A stretch of DNA of 64,000 nt, taken from positions 30,971 through 94,970 of the forward strand of contig CAYNFI010000001.1 in assembly GCA_964396445.1 (NCBI GenBank), written 5' to 3'. Positions within the stretch are counted from its first letter, which is position 1. The number at the start of each line of letters is the position of its first letter. The position numbers and the translations under genes are program-made. The notes beneath the pieces are model-generated. The model was given only the letters and a program-made list of their open reading frames with translations, was not told where the DNA came from and searched no databases. Below, in pieces: positions 58,939-64,000 of the stretch. This DNA comes from an uncultured Candidatus Bathyarchaeia archaeon (lineage in GTDB: Archaea > Thermoproteota > CALKCG01 > B24 > JAWCPE01).

Positions 58939-60438
58939 GTGGTAAAAATGTTGCTTAAGACAACGCAGAGCCTATGCCCGGAATGCCTCCAAACACTCCC
59001 AGCTGAGGTAATCGAGGAAGACGACGTGGTCTACATCGAGAAGACCTGCCCCATCCACGGGAAGTACCGGGACATATACTGGAGCGACTACGATTTGTAT
59101 GAATGGGCTAAGGAATGGGACTTCATCGGCGACGGCCTAGAAAACCCGAGAACCCAGAAAGTGAAGGGCTGCCCGAACGACTGCGGCATCTGCCCCAACC
59201 ATAAATCGCACACCGTTCTCGCTATAATAGATGTGACGAATCGGTGCAACCTGAACTGTCCCATCTGCTTCGCCTACGCCGGCGCCGTAGGCTACGTCTA
59301 TGAACCCTCAAAGGAACAGGTACAAGCCATGCTTAGAAACCTCCGCGAAAACAAGCCTGTCCCAGGTGTAGCTCTTCAATTCTCAGGCGGTGAGCCGACG
59401 CTTAGGGAGGACTTGCCGGAGCTTGTGAAGATGGCGACCGATGTGGGTATCGATCATGTGGAGGTGAACTCAAACGGCATCGTGCTCTCAAGGAACCTTG
59501 ACTACTTCAAGAAACTCATCGACGCTGGTATGTCCACCATCTACCTCCAATTCGACGGGTTAACGGATGATGTTTACCTCAGAACCCGCGGTGTCCCCTT
59601 AGCCGAGGTTAAGATGAAGGTTGTTGAAAACGCTCGGAAACTCGGCTTCGACTCGGTGATGCTCGTCGTTACACTAGTCAGGGGGATAAACGACCATGAG
59701 CTAGGGGATATAATCAGGTTCGCGGCTGTGAACAGCGATGTTGTACGCGGTATCAACGTGCAACCAGTATCGATCTGTGGGAGGATACCTAGGGAAGAAA
59801 GGGAGAAGATGAGGATCACCATACCGGATTTCATGAAGCTCGTTGAAAAGCAAACCGACGGAGCCGTTAAAACCTCTGATTTCCGCCCTGTCACGTGGCC
59901 TCTAGCCATATCCAAAGCCGTAGGCGCCATCAAAAGGCGGAGATACGTAGAGTTCACCGCGAATCCCCTATGCGGTGTGGCAACCTTCATCATCCCCGAG
60001 GATGGAGGGAGGAAAATAGTTCCAATCACCAAATACGCGGATGTAGACGGGTTTGTTAAAGCCCTCTGGAAAGCCTACGACGACGCTGTAGCGGGTAAGA
60101 AGGTGAAGGCTAGGATGCGTCTCATAGGGTCTGCGCGGTACGTGAAAGGAAGGCTTTTCAGAAGCCTCATAGCAAGGACGTTGACAACAGGTGCCTACGA
60201 AGCCCTTGGAGAAGTGATGCGGAAGATGGTACTACTTGGATGCATGCATTTCATGGATGCCTACAATTTCGACTTAGACCGCGTTAACCGGTGTTGCATC
60301 CACTACCTCGTCCCCGACGGAAGATTAATCCCGTTTTGCACAATGAACACACTCCACCGCCCCACGATTGAAAAAAAGTTAAGTGTACCGTTAGAGGAAT
60401 ATATGCAGAAGAAGGCGGGCTCACTAGTACATCACTAG
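58939..60438 (+). CDS. Radical SAM enzyme with an N-terminal Cys4 rubredoxin-like site, possibly a tetraether lipid synthase (Tes/GDGT-MAS-like)
   Basis: CPECLQ...CPIHG (Cys4), CPNDCGICP, and the radical-SAM motif CNLNCPICFA; about 500 aa; the Tes assignment rests on recalled architecture and is not verified. Confidence 0.7.
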   Translation: MVKMLLKTTQSLCPECLQTLPAEVIEEDDVVYIEKTCPIHGKYRDIYWSDYDLYEWAKEWDFIGDGLENPRTQKVKGCPNDCGICPNHKSHTVLAIIDVTNRCNLNCPICFAYAGAVGYVYEPSKEQVQAMLRNLRENKPVPGVALQFSGGEPTLREDLPELVKMATDVGIDHVEVNSNGIVLSRNLDYFKKLIDAGMSTIYLQFDGLTDDVYLRTRGVPLAEVKMKVVENARKLGFDSVMLVVTLVRGINDHELGDIIRFAAVNSDVVRGINVQPVSICGRIPREEREKMRITIPDFMKLVEKQTDGAVKTSDFRPVTWPLAISKAVGAIKRRRYVEFTANPLCGVATFIIPEDGGRKIVPITKYADVDGFVKALWKAYDDAVAGKKVKARMRLIGSARYVKGRLFRSLIARTLTTGAYEALGEVMRKMVLLGCMHFMDAYNFDLDRVNRCCIHYLVPDGRLIPFCTMNTLHRPTIEKKLSVPLEEYMQKKAGSLVHH

Positions 60439-60502
60439 AGCTTCCTCCGACGGCTGGGCCTTCCTTAACCCAACGCTTTCTCACATTCTAAACGCTTTAA
60501 AC

Positions 60503-60820
60503 TCATAGGAAACGGGTTCTATAGCCTTTAACAGTCTTAAGATAGGTTTCCTCCATTTTTATTCCATAGATCTCAGCCAAGACGAGGACTATGAAAAGTA
60601 AGTCTGAGAGTTCAACGGCGAGCATCCCCCGTGTCATAGGTTTATCCGGGGGTTTGTACCCTTCAAGACCCTTAACAACAGAAGCTACCTCACCAGCCTC
60701 TTCAAGCAGGTCCGTAACAATAACAAAGGGGTTCCATGATAACCCCTTAGCCTTGTTAATCTCATCGAAGACTTTGAAAGCAAACTTCTGGGCTTCGAGA
60801 AGCGTCGTCCCCAATGACAA
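60503..60820 (-). CDS. MazG-like nucleotide pyrophosphohydrolase
   Basis: 105 aa with the EExxE motif LLEEAGEVASVVKGLE. Confidence 0.7.
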   Translation of the reverse strand: MSLGTTLLEAQKFAFKVFDEINKAKGLSWNPFVIVTDLLEEAGEVASVVKGLEGYKPPDKPMTRGMLAVELSDLLFIVLVLAEIYGIKMEETYLKTVKGYRTRFL

Positions 60821-60987
60821 TTCACCCTAAAACGATAACTAACCCTCGTACGTAACTTAAGATTTATCGTAAAACATCTCCATGCTTAGAAGCCTTTGAA
60901 AAAGCTGTGAGAAAAATGTGGGACGCTCTCATTAAAGTATGAGTCGAGGCAGATGTCTGATAAGGGTTGACAAACAGTAGGCATTTC

Positions 60988-61626
60988 TTACCTAGGTTTT
61001 TTCAGCCAACCATCAATGATTCTTATACCTGCGATGGCGTTGGGCGCGTAGGCGTCGCAGCCAAGCTCCATAGCTCTCTCCTCGGTTGCAGCGTTCCCTC
61101 CGAGGATGACCTTCACCTTATCCCTTAGCCCAGATTGCTTCAGAGCCGCTATGACGTTGCCTACGCTTGGAAGAGCCTGAACCAAGCCTACGGATAAGCC
61201 TAAAACCGGCGTTCCGGTTTCCTTAATCTTCTCCACGAATCTTTCAGCTGGTACGTTGACGCCGATGTCGTGGACTTCGTAGCCGTTTGCGAGGAGAAGA
61301 GCTACGACGATGCTTTTACCCATGCCGTGGAGGCTTCCCTCAACTGTTCCTATGACGACTTTACCCCTTTTCATCTCTTGAACGGCTGCCAGACGCGGTG
61401 TCAAGGTGTCTATGACCTGCTGGCTGATTCCGCCTGCTATGAGCAGGTCTGATAGGAAGTAGGTTTTCTCCTCGTAGAGTTTACCCACCTCCGTTAGGGC
61501 TTCTCGTAGGGCTTCAAGAAGAGCTAAGGGATTCTCCCCGGCTTCAAGGGCTTGATTCAAAAGCGTCTTCACGGAGGGTTCATCAAGCTCCACGATCTTC
61601 CTCCGGATCTCCTGAGTTAAGCTCAT
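60988..61626 (-). CDS. Cobalamin-binding corrinoid protein (B12-binding cap plus Rossmann domain)
   Basis: N-terminal helical cap, then a Rossmann domain with GYEVHDIG (a DxHxxG-like His-on motif); 212 aa. Confidence 0.8.
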   Translation of the reverse strand: MSLTQEIRRKIVELDEPSVKTLLNQALEAGENPLALLEALREALTEVGKLYEEKTYFLSDLLIAGGISQQVIDTLTPRLAAVQEMKRGKVVIGTVEGSLHGMGKSIVVALLLANGYEVHDIGVNVPAERFVEKIKETGTPVLGLSVGLVQALPSVGNVIAALKQSGLRDKVKVILGGNAATEERAMELGCDAYAPNAIAGIRIIDGWLKKPR

Positions 61627-61635
61627 GTCGGTTGC

Positions 61636-62598
61636 TCACACTCCTCTCCCTGCTATGGGATACCTTCCATACTTCTTCGCGGTTTCAACCATAGCTAAGG
61701 TGTTCTCTAAAGGTACTGCCTTGTGGATGACGTTGCTTGAGCATAGGATGTGGCCTCCCCCCGGGGAAGCCTTTCTAATACATTCCTTGGTTTCCTCAAC
61801 GACATTCTCCGGGCGGAGCCTCACAAGGGTCCATGCGCAGTCCACGTTTCCACACAGGCATAGCCTATGCCCGTACGTATCCTTGACAGCGCCTATGTTC
61901 ATACCCGCCGAGGGGTCTATGGAGTGAAGGGCGTCTATGCCTGTGTTAATAAGCCCATCCAGTATGGGTTTGAGGTCTCCGTCGCTGTGCACGAAAAGCC
62001 TGCCGCCCATGTTGTGAACAGCGTCTACAAGTGTCTTAAGGTATGGGAAGACCATCTCATGGTAAAGCCTAGGGTTGAGGTAGGGTCCTTCCTTTCCAGC
62101 CATATCATCCATGCCTCCTCTGATAACCTCAACCTCCTGCTCAACCCATGGCCTACACGCCTCGATGGCTGTCCTCGTGCGTTCCTCGCATTCCCTCCGT
62201 AAACCATCCTTGTCAAAGTAGAACCGCCGTATCGTATCTATGGCGTCCATGCCTCCTGGCATAGGCGTAACCGCGGGGCAGCCTCCGATCAAAGCCAGCT
62301 CGGGTGCTAACTCCCTAACCAGCTGTACTTGCTGGAGGCCTAATTGTAAGGCGTCGTAGCCTAACCCTCTACACAGCGTTATCTGGTTCTCAAGGTTATG
62401 GCTGGTAACCTCAAGCTCCTTACCCTCCGCGACTAACCTCCGCGCTTCATCACCAACAATGTTAGATCTCCCCGTGATCTTCTCAGGGTACTGGAACTCT
62501 AGCTCAAACATGGGGACCCTATCGGGTTCCTCAAGGTTTAGAGCGGATAGGAAACGGTCCCTAGGCGTTAAGGCTTCCACCTCAGGCATAGGATACAT
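61636..62598 (-). CDS. URO-D-family methylcobamide methyltransferase (MtaA/MtoA-like)
   Basis: 320 aa URO-D fold (..LCGNVDCA..L..GGGHILCSSNVIH); lies immediately upstream of, and co-directional with, the corrinoid-protein gene. Confidence 0.8.
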   Translation of the reverse strand: MYPMPEVEALTPRDRFLSALNLEEPDRVPMFELEFQYPEKITGRSNIVGDEARRLVAEGKELEVTSHNLENQITLCRGLGYDALQLGLQQVQLVRELAPELALIGGCPAVTPMPGGMDAIDTIRRFYFDKDGLRRECEERTRTAIEACRPWVEQEVEVIRGGMDDMAGKEGPYLNPRLYHEMVFPYLKTLVDAVHNMGGRLFVHSDGDLKPILDGLINTGIDALHSIDPSAGMNIGAVKDTYGHRLCLCGNVDCAWTLVRLRPENVVEETKECIRKASPGGGHILCSSNVIHKAVPLENTLAMVETAKKYGRYPIAGRGV

Positions 62599-62627
62599 AG
62601 GACCTCGTTTAAAGCTTACGTTATTGA

Positions 62628-62647
62628 AAATCTTTGTCTAAAGATTT
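62628..62647. promoter_or_regulatory. Inverted repeat aaatctttgtctaaagattt upstream of the MtaA-like gene
   Basis: 8-bp arms with a 4-nt spacer, 30-50 nt upstream of the start codon on the minus strand. Confidence 0.25.
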
Positions 62648-62905
62648 ACCGCAGTGTAACCGTGAAAAGGTACTTTGGAAGGAGGTGAACCGGTTTTCAA
62701 TATGGATAGAGTAGACGCCTTATTTACCAACACTTATCCGAAAATATTTACTGTTTCTGTTAAATATATTAGCGCCCTCCAGCCTCTTGCCCATAACTAG
62801 CTGGAAAACTCTTCATCCAGAACTCTCGGCGTAATACGTTGTGATACCCGTGGGTCGCCCAAACCCTTGAATACTCAGCACGCGACACTTTGCAGAGGGA
62901 TTTAT

Positions 62906-63151
62906 ATGCCCGATAGGAAGACTTGTCAAAGATGTAAAGACGACATCCCCGATTGGGAAAGAGCCTTCGAACTTAGAAAATCTACAGCTGCGTACATATG
63001 TCAGAGATGCATGACCGCCCTTGTAAACCTATGGCATGAGGAGCATAAGGTTTCAGAACTAATAGTGGATGAGGAGCATAAGGTTTCAGAATTAATCGTG
63101 CAAACGAGCTTGGGCGCCCGGGTAAAAGATAACCCTTCACAGCGAGGCTAG
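62906..63151 (+). CDS. Small zinc-ribbon protein carrying an internal tandem duplication
   Basis: CQRCKDD...CQRCMTAL, then EEHKVSELIVD repeated twice; ATG at 62906. Confidence 0.45.
   Translation: MPDRKTCQRCKDDIPDWERAFELRKSTAAYICQRCMTALVNLWHEEHKVSELIVDEEHKVSELIVQTSLGARVKDNPSQRG
63038..63103 (+). repeat. Two tandem 33-nt units (gaggagcataaggtttcagaactaatagtggat)
   Basis: Units at 63038-63070 and 63071-63103 differ at 4 positions. Confidence 0.9.
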
Positions 63152-63415
63152 TGTAGGCAAACGTAACAACACCACGTTGTCTTCTGAAGGCTCTTAGCTG
63201 AACAAAAAACCCTAAGGGTAAGAAACGTTCTCTACTTTACCATCATTACTCCAATCATCATGGTGACTCACCTTCTCATATGCTGATAAGTTTTGCATAC
63301 GAAATTTTACTAAAAAGCTTCAGCCTTGTTACACAATCGACCCACTGGGTAAATCCTTAAATCGCTCTACAGTGGTTTGCGTTGTCATGATATGGGCTAA
63401 GCTGAGGCGTCGAAC

Positions 63416-64000
63416 GTGCGGAGATACTTAGTCAGCTTAGTCAGTGGATTAATAATCCTATGCGTTATGGCTTGGTTAATCGAAACTTTTGTAGAATATC
63501 CTGAAATTAAATCTCTTCCCTTATACACTTTCAGCACGGTTTTCCGGATTACGGTTACACTCCTTATATCGATTATCTGGGGGGTTTCTTTTGGCATATT
63601 AGCCGCCACAAACAGGGTGGCATCGCTGATCCTCGTACCATTCATAGACCTTTTACAGTCAATTCCAATACTCGGGTATTTTCCAATGGTCATAGGTTTT
63701 TTATTCGCCTTAGGCTCCTTAGGTATTGAGTTCTCCGTTGTAATCCTGCTCTTCACATCCATGGCTTGGGCTATCTTCTTCGGGGTATTAGGGGCTATAC
63801 GCGGAATCCCCGTGAATGTCGTCGAGTCGGCACAGAGCTTCGGCTTAAAAGGATGGCGATACACTAGGCATGTGGTATTACCCGCGATTACTCCTACGGT
63901 GATCGCGGGAGCAAACCTAGCGTGGTGCGACGGTTGGTTCTTCATGATCGCCGCGGAATACATTCAATATCAAGGTAACATTGTAACCCCGCCTTCAGGC
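63416..64000 (+). CDS. ABC transporter permease (NitT/TauT-like binding-protein-dependent family), N-terminal part; continues beyond the window
   Basis: GTG start (ATG alternative at 63467); 195 codons without a stop to the window edge; successive TM helices (LIILCVMAWLI, ITVTLLISIIWGVSFGILAA, ILGYFPMVIGFLFALG, VVILLFTSMAWAIFFGVLGA). Confidence 0.7.
   Translation, partial: MRRYLVSLVSGLIILCVMAWLIETFVEYPEIKSLPLYTFSTVFRITVTLLISIIWGVSFGILAATNRVASLILVPFIDLLQSIPILGYFPMVIGFLFALGSLGIEFSVVILLFTSMAWAIFFGVLGAIRGIPVNVVESAQSFGLKGWRYTRHVVLPAITPTVIAGANLAWCDGWFFMIAAEYIQYQGNIVTPPSG

Noticed and set aside
63397-63963. 188-aa ORF on the minus strand at the window end
   Set aside because: The plus strand in the same interval encodes a clean ABC-permease N-terminus with multiple TM helices running to the window edge. 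The minus-strand ORF is its antisense shadow.
1-64000. Search for tRNA, rRNA and CRISPR arrays
   Set aside because: Scanning all intergenic gaps of 100 nt or more turned up no T-loop-like GTTCRANYC motifs with GC-rich acceptor stems. There are no rRNA-like conserved stretches. There are no regularly spaced direct repeats, and no cas genes. The only tandem repeats are coding: the surface-protein domains and the 33-nt duplication.

Overview
Archaeal chromosomal segment of about 50% GC. Two points suggest a TACK/Thermoproteota-like lineage that still has PolD, for example a Bathyarchaeia-like genome, rather than Thermoprotei. First, TTG and GTG start codons are frequent, and the information-processing proteins are eukaryote-like. 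Second, the window opens with a fragment resembling the PolD small subunit (DP1). This lineage assignment is inference only.

The window is dense in replication and chromosome-maintenance genes:
- the possible DP1 C-terminal fragment;
- orc1/cdc6, with an adjacent AT-rich putative oriC carrying two ORB-like repeats;
- PCNA, PriL, and ScpB-ScpA-SMC;
- a RadA paralog;
- a Gins51-PriS operon.

Information-processing genes include RpoL, exosome Csl4, a Mini-RNase-III-like protein, Dph2, ribosomal protein L10e, ArgRS and a METTL5-like methyltransferase.

The window also holds carbohydrate and other metabolic genes:
- a GH36 alpha-galactosidase;
- a DegT-family sugar aminotransferase;
- a TPP enzyme;
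- an LLM/F420-type oxidoreductase;
- an amidohydrolase;
- the oligosaccharyltransferase AglB.

A TrmB-family regulator gene lies next to a radical-SAM gene that is possibly a tetraether-lipid-synthase-like (Tes-like) enzyme, next to a MazG, corrinoid-protein and MtaA-like methyltransferase module. I found no rRNA or tRNA genes, CRISPR arrays, integrases or transposases.

Regions most worth follow-up:
- the AT-rich island at 2.7-5.4 kb next to the origin, which has wHTH, coiled-coil and XRE-CBS genes and a recurring ATGTGAC(AT) palindromic motif;
- the Mini-III-like RNase gene beside rpoL-csl4;
- the uncharacterized 919-aa protein;
- the tandem paralog pair at 37.8-39.0 kb;
- a lone AT-rich gene between smc and the radA paralog;
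- the surface protein with four tandem Ig-like repeats;
- the radical-SAM/corrinoid cluster at 58.9-62.6 kb.
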